DNA of 64,000 nt from Torpedo marmorata (lineage: Eukaryota). The DNA lies in NCBI GenBank assembly GCA_977017645.1, contig OZ360222.1, forward strand, positions 216,566,001-216,630,000, written 5' to 3'. Within the stretch, counting starts at the first letter, position 1, and every line of letters begins with the position of its first letter. Shown here in pieces: positions 25,963 through 37,800 of this stretch. The notes beneath the pieces are model-generated. The model was not told the DNA's origin, did not search any database, and saw nothing but the letters and a program-made list of their open reading frames with translations. The translations under genes and the position numbers were made by a program.

Positions 25963-26885
25963 TGTTACAAAATCAAACCAGCAACGACAGAAGACGCAAT
26001 GCAAAAGGGGTAAAATTGAAATTTATATTTATTAAACACAATTAAACATATAATTTCACAACAATTAACCCCACTATAAACGTCTATAAACACTATTCTT
26101 ATCTAAAAGGTGTGTGTGTGTGTGTGTGTAAAGCCCAGACCATTACAGTCTGTGCCCAACCCTTATGTAAAAATGGAAAAACTTTCCCCAAAAAACCCCA
26201 GGTCAGTCATAAAAAACAAGTCAGTCAAAAAAAAGAATAATACAGTCCAAAAAATTCACTCTCTAAGTTCAGGCTTCAAATTCAGCTCTGTGTCTGGTAG
26301 AAGTACTTCTGAATGAACGTTGGAGAGAGACAATGACTGTTTATGCTTACAAATACTTGTTTTCTTCTCTGATGACATCCCCTTCTTGTGTGTTCATAAG
26401 GATTGCGAGTTCAGATCAGTATACCACTGATTCAGGCGTGTGCTTGGATCTCACAGCTAGTCTCGCTGATCTCACGCCTGTTCTCCACAGAAGTTGCTTT
26501 TCCTCAGAATTTCTCTGAGACAGGAGGCCATGTGCTATCCTGCCAGTCTTTTCTCTGACTTGCACAAGCCTGGATTTTGCTGTGTTCTCTAGCCTTTGCA
26601 ACTTACAACTGTCTGCTTTTTCTGCAGAGATCTGCACCTGCTTTTTGCAAAAGTGCAACAAATGTATCTTGTCCACAGACTCTCTCTCTCTGGTCTCTCT
26701 CTGTCTGGGTACACCAAAAGTGCAACAATGTATCTTTGTCCACAGCTTGTTTCTCTCTCTGTCTGGGTACACCAAGTCCTGGGGAAGTTAACTCTTTCAG
26801 TACCTGGCCCCAGTGTATACTCCAAAAGACTTCATCCTTCCTGCTGACCGTCCGCAGTCCAAATGGTCAGTCATGGTCCATAACA
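25963..26885. mobile_element. Solo LTR (923 bp)
   Basis: TGTTA...TAACA termini; 4-bp TSD ATTG; the uninterrupted site is visible in the other Rex copy at about 15100-15118. Confidence 0.85.
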
Positions 26886-28519
26886 ATTGCACTATGATGC
26901 TGCCGCAAAACACCGAATTTCATGACTTGTTCATGACAATAAATTCTGATTCTGATTCTGATTCATAAACTGAGAGCCCATGGAATTACAGGAAATATAC
27001 TAGCATGGTTAGAGCATTGGCTGATCGGCAGGAAACAGAAAGTGGGAATAAAGGGATCCTATTCTGGTTGGCTACCGGTTACCAGTGGTGTTCCGCAGGG
27101 GTCAGTGTTGGGGCCACTTCTTTTTACGTTGTATGTTAATGATTTGAATTGTGGAATAAATGGCTTTGTGGCTAAGTTTGCAGATGATTCAAAGAGAGGT
27201 GGAGGGGCAGGTAGTGAGGAGGAAATGGTGAAGCTGCAAATAAATTTAGATAGATTAAGAGAATGGGAAAAGAAGTGGCAAATGAAATACAATGTTGGAA
27301 AGTGTACAGTCATGCTTTTTGGTAAAAGGAATAAAAGGACAGAATATTATTTGGATGAGGAGAAAATTAAAAATTTGGAGGTGTAAAGGAACTTGCGAGT
27401 CCTTGTGCAGGATACCCTAAAGGTTAACCTTCAGATTGAGTCAGGGGTGAAGAAGGCAAATGCAATGTTGGCATTAATATCTAGAGGAGTAGGATACAAG
27501 AGCAGGGATATGACGTTGAGGTTTTATAAGGCACTGGTGAGGCGTCACTTACAGTACGGGGTATAGTTTTGGGTTCCTTATTTAAGAAAGGATGAACTGG
27601 CATTTGGAGAGGGTTCAGAGATGATTTACAAGAATGATTCCTGGAATGAAGGGATTAGCATATGAGGAACGTTTGATGGCTCTTGGACTGAACCCCTTGG
27701 AGTTCAGAAGAATGAGGGGGGACCTCATAGAAGCATTTTTAATGTTGAAAGGCCTGGACAGAGTAGATGTGGCAAAGTTATTTCCCATGGTAGGGGAGTC
27801 AAGGACAAGAGGGCAAAACTTCAGGATTGAACGGCGCCCATTAAAAACAGAGATGCGGAGGAATTTCCTTGATCAAAGAGTGGTGAACCACTGGAATTTT
27901 CTGCTATGGGCGGCTGTGGAGGCCAGGTCATTGAGTGTATTTAAGGCAGAGATTGATAGCTATCTGAATAGTCAGGGTATAAAAGGTTAAGGGGGGAAGG
28001 CAGGGTATTGGAGCTGCGTGGGAGAATGGATCAGCTCATGGTGGGATGGTCTTATGATCTTAATATGGTAGTTTGCTGTTGATTTTCTCCTGGAATCTTT
28101 TACATCAAAGTAGGAGAACAGATGAAGGATTATGTTTGTTGAACTGTATTTTTAACCTAGATTTTAGGATCAAATATTTGGGGAGAGACTCAAACCTATA
28201 GCCATTTGACTTTGAAACAAGAGAGTCATGGCTGTATTTAATTGAATATGGAGAATATAGAATAAATTTATCTGGCTAGTTTTGCTGTTATTGATTGACC
28301 TGGTTACCTGTGGGGAAGAGTACTGATGAGGATCAGATGAGGTTAGTATTTCCCAATGTTGGGAAAATAGAGTAAATCTGTGATAATCTGGCATTCTTAA
28401 GAGTTTAGAAGATCCAGACTAGCTGATTTTCCAGACTATTGGATGTTATTTCTGGTAATACCTCAACTGACCTTTCAAAGATGTTACACAGTATTATAAT
28501 ATTTTTTTTCAGTGAACCA

Positions 28520-28850
28520 GGTAGGTTTAAATAGAGTGTGTGAACCAGGGACATTGGCGAGTTTAAATAGAGAACAGGAATTGGGACTTGGTGAGTGGAA
28601 ATGGAAAGCGGCAACTGGCATCATGATGAGTTGATAGTGAGCATTGGAACTGGGGCCTCAGTGAGTGAGAAGAAGTATGGGAATCAGTGGCTGGAGAGTG
28701 GAAATGAAGTGCAAGAACCGGGCCCTGGCAAGTTGACTGAATGTATGGGAATCAGTTCCTGCAAGTTGAAAAGGTATGGGAAGTAGGGCCCCAGTGAGTG
28801 GAAGTGGAGCATGGCAAACATCACTTAGAGAACCAGGTGCCAAACCATTA
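28520..28850. repeat. Highly degenerate ~40-bp tandem repeat related to 13630-13900
   Basis: Recurrent GGGCCCCAGTGAGTG and GGGAA motifs. Confidence 0.4.
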
Positions 28851-29761
28851 GGATTTCCACATCATTGGATTGGGAATTTTTGGAGTTTTATTATAAATTC
28901 AAATGCCATATATATCTTATGAGTCAATGTTCCCTTTTATTAAGGGAGATATTTGTTGTTTCAAATTGTTCAAATAGTTGTCATGGTGTTGTCATCATGG
29001 TGTAGTTTCATGGAACAATCGTGCTGACAAAATGACTTTAGAGTTGACTTTCTTGTGAGTACGAAGGCAGAAAAGTTACTCCACTATTGAAATGCGCTTT
29101 AGCAAGCAATGTTGTTTCAATAAACCTCCATGGATGAATAAACCATTGCTGCACATGATACTTTGATCTGAGAAGCGTGTCCATTTTGATGCTTAGTCAG
29201 GACGTTCAGTGATTTCAGCTAGAGTCTGTCATGGTTTCCTCTGGGACCTGATGAGAAGAAAAATCATATTCCTGTATCTGAGTTACATACTGTATTTTCA
29301 GCTCATTTGTGAGGTGCAACAGCATAATTTGCATTTGTCATTCACTGCATTCACACATAGGAGGTTGCCGTCAGGATAGCCTCTTGGCTCATGGGATCAT
29401 AGCATCAAGGTGCAGTAATATCAGGAAAGATTAAACAAATTGGAAGGCATTGGTGGTAATTTATATCTGGAAAAAAAAAAGCTTTAAAGACAATGATCCT
29501 AATTCTAAAGCAAATAAATTCCAAAATTCAACTCTTAATTGGCAACCTCTCATGAATGCAAATTGAAATTGTAAATATGTTTATATCAATACTTATCCAG
29601 GATTGAGAGCGCTAATAATTTAATGGTCATTATAAACATCATAACTCTCATTATAAACATCAAACTTCAGCACTTTGAACTTATAACATTTTTCTGTCCA
29701 CTGTGCAGTATCTTTAACCAATCCAGCACTGACACTTTTTACCCTTTGTCTTTCATTTAAG

Positions 29762-29863
29762 ATGAGTTGGATGAAAAAACAGTGGAAAATAATGAGCAAA
29801 GGGAAGAAATTATTCGCCTTAAACAAGAAAGACAATATTTGGGAAATGAGTTCACTTTAGCTG
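29762..29863 (+). CDS. ccdc62: ccdc62 exon (DELDEKTVENNEQREEIIRLKQE...)
   Basis: ENNEQREEIIRLKQE motif; AAG acceptor, G|GTAAGT donor, phase 1-1. Confidence 0.92.
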
Positions 29864-30269
29864 GTAAGTGAATAATCTTAACGAAATAACCAGGGTGCTT
29901 CCACGTGTAGTACTTGTTGCATGGTATGTTGTGTCCCATTAGGGATTCCAGATTGGTCTATTGCTGATCTTAGTAGTAATTATTAGAAAAATGCATTGCT
30001 CCTGCACCTAGTTTCTTATTCAGTCATCAAATGGCCAAAGCATGATATTCCCTTTCCTTTGCATAATTAGCAAAAATGAAAGACGAGCTAAGAATTATGA
30101 GTTTCTTTCCAATGGGACTGCTCCACTGTGTGCCTTTGGTTTCAGGATCAGTTAAGATGAAAACAAAACTCTCTAGAATTCTTGCGTAATTATTTTGAAT
30201 CTGACTGTTTCAAAAATAAATGGACTTATTTTGCCAAGTCAGCTTCAAGCCACATCTCCTCACCAGAAA

Positions 30270-31064
30270 AATTGTCAGGAAGGTAAGTTATAAAGAGGAC
30301 ATGAGGCTGCAGAAATATACGGATAGGTTAAGTGAGTGGTTAAAGATCCAGAAAATGGAGATCAATGTGGGAAAAAGAGAAATTGTCCATTTTGGCAAGA
30401 AAAATGTAAAAAAAAGCATTTAATCCAAATAGAGATCTCAGAGCTCTGAGATACAGAGGGATCTGGGTGTCCTATGGATGATTTGTTAAAGGTGGGTAAA
30501 TTGTAACAGTAAGTAATTAGGTGGTTAACTGAAGGCTACCTTTTGTTGCTAGAGGAATTGAATATAGAAGTAGGGAGGTTATTTTTCAGTTAATTAGGGG
30601 ATCAGTGAGACCACATCTGGAGTAATGTGCACAGTTATTAGTCTTCTTGCTTTAAGAAATAGTTAATGCAATGTAAGCAGATCAAAGAAAGTTTGCGTGA
30701 CTAATACCTTGGATAGTTTCTTATGAGGGAAGGTCGGACAGGTTAGGCATGTATTTGCTAGCATTCAGAAGAAGGGACTTGAATACATAAGATTCTCAGA
30801 GATCTTGGTAGGATGGAAATAGAGATTTTCCTTAAGGCTGGAGCTAGAACTAGGAGATTACTGTTTAAAAATAAGGAGTTGCCCATTTAAAGCAGAGGTG
30901 AGGTGAAATATTTTCTGTGGGGGCTGTGTCTTTCGAACTTCAAAGGGTGGGTGAAGCAGCATTTTTGAGAATTTTTGAAGTTTGAGATAGATAGACTATT
31001 GATATGCAAGGAGGTGAAAGACTACTGCAGATAGGTCAGCCTGGTAATTTACTCCTATTTCTAA
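30270..31064 (+). mobile_element. Decayed CR1 3' fragment
   Basis: LQKYTDRLSEW, GTGAGACCACATCTGGAGTA, tail ACTCCTATTTCT. Confidence 0.75.
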
Positions 31065-31067
31065 TTA

Positions 31068-32246
31068 CACTGGACAACAAATTTTTTCAAAAGGTTTGCT
31101 TCCTGAAAGAAAATTGGGGATTATGATAGACAACTTCAAGTCGAACACAAAGATAATTTCAGATTTGCTGTATCATGTAGGAAGTTAGAGAAACATTAAA
31201 TTAACTTGTATTGAATTTAACATAATGATGCTGACACAAGCTCTCAGGTTGACTGCACATGTTGCACAATAAATGTGAGGAGCCCAGGGTTTGGTGTCTT
31301 GGTCACCAATTTTACAACCAAAGTAGAGCTCATAGGCTTTCTTAATAAGTGCAGCCATGCTGCGTATTTGAGCCTTAAGCGGATTCTTGTCACAATTGTA
31401 ACAGAACGTATCGCAGCTGTTGCGACATTGACGAGACATTTCTGCTCTATTGAATCTTCTTGAAGACAATAGCCCTTTTCACATTGGCTAACCGGTAAAT
31501 TGGCGGTTCAAAGAACCGATTCAAAATGCCGTTTTTGCCATTCACACTGGACCAATGTTAACCGGTTCTCTGCGCCCTTTCACACTTCACCACCCGGCAT
31601 CCCAGAGCAGAGGAGCGCCTATCCTCCACCGGTGACATCCTGAGTACCCCCCGTCCTTTCACACTGGGCTAACCGGTATGCCGATTCAAAACGAATCGGC
31701 AATGATACACCCTCCCTAGGCGGTTCATCCCCGGGGCAATCTGATGCCTGCGTGCCGATTCGCGAGCGTTCACACTGGCACGTTAACCGGTAGATTGGCG
31801 GTTAATTACTGGGTTAAAGTGCCAGTGTGAATGGGGCTAATAAATGCTATTGTTAAGTACATTCACTATGCTATTGCCTAAAGAACATGTGCATCAACAT
31901 GCATTCAATCTATAATCAATGTAATGCACAGCATCTGTATATGTTTGCTGCTTTTTATAGCCTGCCTGCATTGATCCTGACTGAGCATGCCCAGGCCTAA
32001 GACAACATTTGCATAGCACCTTCACTGAGTGCATGCCCAGGCATTCTTGGACTGTCCAAAACAGCTTGCTTTATGAGCAACATACTAGTAGACTTAAAAT
32101 ATGACAGGAAATCACAAAAATAGGTTATATTTTTTAAAAAAAGGTTCGTGATAGGAAAATCTTAAGGTGATTTTCGTGATCAGCAGCCCAAAATCCTTAA
32201 AATATACCCAAAGGTGTTCAGGAAGCAAAATCCTCGTTGTCCAGTG
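31068..32246 (-). mobile_element. Internally deleted Chapaev3-like (CMC) DNA transposon
   Basis: TIR CACTGGACAAC/GTTGTCCAGTG, 3-bp TSD TTA; transposase N-terminus CRNSCDTFCYNC...YFGCKIGDQDTKPWAPHIYC at 31185-31469. Confidence 0.8.
31471..31838. mobile_element. PIF/Harbinger-like MITE nested in the Chapaev element
   Basis: 18-bp imperfect TIR AGCCCTTTTCACATTGGC / GCCAGTGTGAATGGGGCT, TSD AAT, internal TTCACACTGG subrepeats. Confidence 0.8.
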
Positions 32247-32446
32247 TTACATGTTCGTATATGCTTTTTTGCACACATTTCTTTCTTGATTATCTTCTGC
32301 CCAGTCATACAAAATAACAATTTTAATGTGAAAACTGAAAAAGTTTATCTTTGTAAAATACAAAAAATACTTTAATATAGGTTGGTTATATTTAATTTTC
32401 CATAGCTTTAGTATCTGCATGACCTTGTTTTACAATTCTATTTTAG

Positions 32447-32535
32447 TTGAACGGGAGAAAAGAAAAGATCAGATTCTGGAACTGGCAAGATCCAAACAGG
32501 AGAGAGCTGACATTGAACTGCATGGTCTTCGGCAG
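32447..32535 (+). CDS. ccdc62: ccdc62 exon (VEREKRKDQILELARSKQERADIELHGLRQ)
   Basis: VEREKRKD and SKQER motifs; TTTTAG acceptor, CAG|GTAAGA donor, phase 1 to 0. Confidence 0.92.
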
Positions 32536-33488
32536 GTAAGACCAACTGGAATCTGTAAATTACATTAGTGATTCAATTTTGTATGACAAATTTGTATTGA
32601 TGTAGTCTGGTTAACACGAATTTTGTACTCAATTGTTACGTGTATGTGTAATTGATTTCCAAGTTCAGTAGAATATTCAGTACTTTGATTGATCATGTCA
32701 AATAAATGGATATTTAATGAAATCCTCAACAACTTAGTGAGCAACAGCAAGCTTGGGTGCTACTGCAATATATGAGTTCTTCTGGCCCTTGAGCCATTCC
32801 AACTTAAATCCATTGATCCACCTTCGATCTATTTTCTTTCACAGACTGCACAATTTGTTTTTTGGATTTTGGACCTTAGTGCAGAAGAAGTTCCTTGATT
32901 TCCAAAATAGCTAGTTCTATCGTTTTTTTTATTGAAGATTATGTGAAATTGATCACTCTTATTATTTTAAATTTTAAAACAATAATCATTGCAACTTGTC
33001 ATAATTTAAGCTTTTTATCCCTGGCATCTTTCTGATGATGTGAAACTGACAGGTTTGCATGTTCCTGATTCCTTCTTTCTTTCTAATAAATGGAGTGCCA
33101 TTTAGAGTTGAAAAATCTTGCCTGATCCTAAACAATATACAGTACAATTCCTGTTATCCGGAATTCAAGCAACCGGCAACCTCAAAATCGAGGAAAATAA
33201 ATAAATAAAACAAATAAGAATAAATAAAAATTTTAAATCGTAAAAGTAAACGTTCTCTGAAGTAACACATTAACCTTTGGTGAAGATGGGAGCAAATATT
33301 CAGCCAGTGGAGTGCCTTTGTCGTGCTTTGCTCGTAGCAGCTGTTTGAATAAAGTTTGAATAAAGTTGTGTTTGAATAAAATGGCAACACCCAGGATGAA
33401 GAGCTGGTTGATGCCGCTCGCCATTGGGGTGACTCTCTTAAAGTGTCTCCTTATCCCTGCTTAGTAAGAATGTATCTTTGTTAGTATA

Positions 33489-34286
33489 CTAGCAGGATAC
33501 CCGGCGTTGCCCGGGAAATAAAACACTCAGTTGTTGACTACATGGTTGAAACAAAATACCCAAAAAACTTCATGGTAATTCTGCATAAATATATTTTTTC
33601 AAACACAACATTTATATGCTTTGTAATAGAGATAGACGGTTCAAACAAAGTTGACTTCGCTGTCTCTTGCTTTCTCCTTTGTAAAGAGCTTCTGCCAATG
33701 TTGCTTCGCTTTTTGGGGTTTGGCCACTTGTTTTTATTCTGAATGTACATTGATGCACAGCACTGTAACTAATTGAGGTATCCCTGGTGCAAGTTCAAAA
33801 ATTATTATTTTTTGAACTTTTGAACTTCATATGACCTTAAAGGTTAAATTCAGTGTGGTCATGACATTCAGCATCAAATGTCACCACAATTATAGTAAAC
33901 ATTAATGCAAGTCAGTGCATAGTAAATACTTGTATAATAAACAGTAATGCAAGTCAATGAAAGCTGGTCAAAAAACACTTTTGAACTTCATATGACCTTA
34001 AAGGTTAAATTCAATGTGGTCATGAAATGTTACCCCTACTGAACCTCCTTGTGTGTGTGTTTGGGGGGGGGGGGTTGGGGTTAATTATGATGGCGGCACA
34101 GTTAGCGTAACTTACAGCTCCAGCAACCGGGGTTCGAATTTAATTTTAAATTTTGTAAGTTACGGGAATTAGCTGATTAAAGTGAACTTTACATAATTAA
34201 GGACTACAATACTGATTTTTTTTCAAATTACTTTATATTTTGCACTGTCTTTTGTCTTTTAAACTGTTTATTCTTAATGCTGGTGT
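33489..34286 (-). mobile_element. Non-autonomous Helitron 3' portion
   Basis: Minus strand ends CCCGG-GCAACG-CCGGG hairpin, short spacer, CTAG|T; internal ~47-bp direct repeat at ~33818 and ~33978; 5' end not found. Confidence 0.7.
34092..34140 (+). repeat. tRNA-derived SINE head fragment (V-SINE/HE1-like)
   Basis: GGCGGCACAGTTAGCG (A-box-like) ... GGGGTTCGAATT (B-box). Confidence 0.5.
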
Positions 34287-34820
34287 TGTAGCATGTTGCT
34301 ACGGTTATAGCTCTGCGCGTTGATTTGGCTATAGCTCTGGCGCTCGAGAGGAGATGTGCACTATTCGAGCGTTGAATCAGAACTGCTCTACTCGGCCGTC
34401 GGCTCTGAATTTTATAGGCGGACCGAGCTGGGCTGCCGCGTCACTGATGGGCTTGCAATGCGACGGATTGGTCGGGCCACGATCCGTCGTCGGGGATTGG
34501 CCTGTTTCCTCCCTGCCGTTGTGGCCTATGGAAACAGGCCGTTTGGATCACGTGCCGCCTGCGCGATCGCCGCGTTCGAATATCACTTCCTGTGTCGGCC
34601 TGCGGAGTCGGCCGTCGTCCGCTACACGACCCACCCCCAGAACCGGCGATCTGCGTGGCGGCTATAGTGACTTCAATCCAACAAATAGTCACTTGGAGGC
34701 TAGGTGAGATATTTGTTTTTGGTGCGTTTCAATTAATTTATTACCAAGTCCAATATGTTCAAAAAACTTTATTTACACACGTGTCTTGCAGCAATCTTCA
34801 ATGACTTAAATACCTTCTTT

Positions 34821-37800
34821 TTTTTTTTTTTCCTTGCCAACTTATTATAATATTTTATTTAAATTTTAAAATCACAAAATACATAGATCAAAAATAATAT
34901 ATCATTCCAAATACATGTGATATATTTCCTCCCTCCCTCCCACCCTCCCCTCCCCAACCCCCCCTACCACTATTCTAAAGAAAAAAAATATATAAAAAAA
35001 CAAAAGAGAAAAAAAAGAAAAAAGTTGAATAATAAAGAATTAAAGTGAGGAGAAAACAAACTACAAACTAATTCTATTTATATATTGGAGGTTAATTTCG
35101 CCAGCGGAGCCGACTTCCAGAGAATTAATTCATACCCATAGCTCTCATATATGGGCTCCAAATTTTCAAAAAGAAATGATATTTATTACATAGATTGTAC
35201 GTAATCTTTTCTAATGGTATACATGAACGTAATTCTGCATGCAATCTATCTAAATTCAAATCTAAATCTGATTTCCAAGTAATAGCAATACATTTTTTTG
35301 AAACCGCTAAAACAATTCGTAAAAATTCTATTTGATACATATTTAATCTATTTCTAATACTAAATTTTTTAATATCTCCAAATAAAAATAACATAGGATC
35401 CATTGGAAATATAATATTAAAAATTCTATCTAAAAATTTTTTAACTTTAGACCAAAAGTCCTTGATTTTAGGACATAACCATGTTGAATGAACAAAAGAA
35501 CCAATTTCATCCTTGCATCTAAAACACATATCTGATAATGCCGGATTGAATTTCTTTAATTTTTTAGGTGTTAAATATAGTTGATGAAAAAAATTATATT
35601 GTACTAATCTATACCTAACATTAATAATTTTAGTCATACTCAATTTACATAAATCTTTCCAATGTTTTTCATCTATATTAATATTTAAATCTGATTCCCA
35701 TTTTAATCTTGATTTATGGAATCCTACTTTAGGCATTTTTCTCTGAAGTAATTTATACATTTGTGATATAAATTTATTAACATTTCCATTAGTAATTAAT
35801 AATTCTAATCCATCCTGTCTTGGAGCTATTAATTGATTTCCCAGTTTCTCAACTAAAAATCCTTTAACCTGATAATAAGCTAAAATTGTATTATCTAATA
35901 TTCCAAATTTTTCTTTCAATCTAGAAAATGTAACAAATCTTCCAGCCTCAAAACAATCTTTAATCTTCTTAATTCCTTTTTGAAACCATATTTTTAAAAA
36001 TTGATTGTCAATAGAAAATGGTAAAAATAGATTTTGATACAGTGGCATATTTGGAGATAATGACCCTTTTCGTCCTATCTCATTATCTAATTGTGTCCAA
36101 ATTTCCAGCAAATGTTTAATAATCGGTGAATTTTTCTTTTTAACTAATAATAATTTAGAATTCCACTTATAAATAATATCTTCTTTATATCTCTCCCCTA
36201 TATTATTCAATTCTATATTAATCCAAGCGGTAGATTTAGTTAAATCAAAAAATTCATTAATAAACTTTAATTGAGCTGCCTTATAATAATATTGAAAATT
36301 GGGGAGTTGTAATCCACCCATCTCATAATTCCAAGTTAATTTATCCATACTTACTCTCGCTAACTTTCCCTTCCATAAAAATTTCCTAATAATAATTTTT
36401 AAATCTTTAAAAAATTTTTGAGGAATTCCAAAAGGAATAGATTGAAAAAGATATTGAATTCTTGGAAAAATATTCATTTTAATGCAATTCACTCTTCCCA
36501 TTAAAGTTATAGGTACATCTTTCCAATTCTCCAAATCTTTCTTTATTTTGTTAAATAAAGGTATATAATTTAATTTATATACATTTTCCAATTTTGTATC
36601 TACCTTAACTCCCAAATATTTAATTCCTTCTTTAGCCCATTTAAATCTTGTAACTTCTTTACATTTAGTATAATCTCCTTGAGATAAAGCCATTATCTCA
36701 CTTTTATCCGAGTTTATTTTATATCCAGATATCTCACCATACTCCATCAGTATTTTAGCTAATTGTTGAAGTGATACAATTGATTTCGTCATATATATTA
36801 ATACATCATCTGCAAATAAACTAATTTTATGCTCTTCTGTACCTACTTTAATCCCATTTATATTAATATCTTTCCTAATCATTTCAGCCAACGGTTCTAT
36901 TGCCAATACAAATAGAGCAGGTGATAAAGGACATCCTTGTCTTGTTGACCGCATCAAGGGAAATTTAGATGATATCTGACCGTTTGTAATTACTCTAGCT
37001 GTAGGTTCTTTATATATTGTTTTAATCCAATTTATAAAAGTATCTCCAAATCCAAATTTCTCTAAAACCTTAAATAAAAAATTCCATTCCAGTCTATCAA
37101 ATGCCTTTTCCGCATCTAATGATATCACCAATGGCAAATCTTGTTTCCTTTTTTGCAAATTGATTAAACTTATTAATCTTGCTATATTATCTTTCGAATA
37201 TCTATTTTTAATAAATCCTGCTTGATCTGAATGTATTAAAATCGGTAGATACTTAGCTAATCTATTTGTCAAAATTTTTGCCATTATTTTATAATCTACA
37301 TTCAACAATGATATAGGTCTATACGACTCAGTCTTTAATACATCTCTATCTTTCTTTGGTATAACTGTAATGATAGCATTCAAAAAAGTTTTGGGTAATA
37401 AATGGATTTCCTTAATTTGACTCAATACTTCCATATATATAGGTATCAATAAATCTTTAAATTCTTTATAAAACTCTATCGGAAATCCATCATCACCAGG
37501 GGATTTACCACTTTTCAATGTCGATAAAGCTTCAACTACTTCTCTCATTTTAATAGGTAGATCCAATATATCTCTATTAAAATTATTTAATCTAGGTAAT
37601 GTAATTTTAGATAAAAATCTATTAATTTTTGTATCATCATGATCAATCTGGGAGGTATATAAATTTTGATAATATTCTCTAAAGGATTCATTTATTTCCT
37701 GAGGTTTATAAGTTATTTCACCAGTACTTTTTTTTATAGCATTTATAGTTTTAGAAACTTGTTCTTTTTTTAATTGCCATGCTAAAACTTTATGAGCTCT

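Larger units (their letters stand above)
24009..26965 (+). mobile_element. Rex1/Babar LINE (RT), with two nested insertions
   Basis: KASGPDG, DPLQFAY, TGAPQGC, FADD, C-terminal YRCTVESIL domain, (TTCTGA)n tail at 26944-26964. Confidence 0.92.
22922..28060 (+). mobile_element. CR1 LINE ORF2 fragment interrupted by a Rex1/Babar LINE
   Basis: MREELAKVNW, KSPGPDG, QHGFLKGKSCLTNL, DFQKALDKVP; resumes at about 26966 with GVPQGSVLGP, FADD. Confidence 0.92.

Noticed and set aside
34092-34140. tRNA gene
   Set aside because: Only partial A/B-box sequence is present, with no cloverleaf or acceptor stem; it fits a SINE head.
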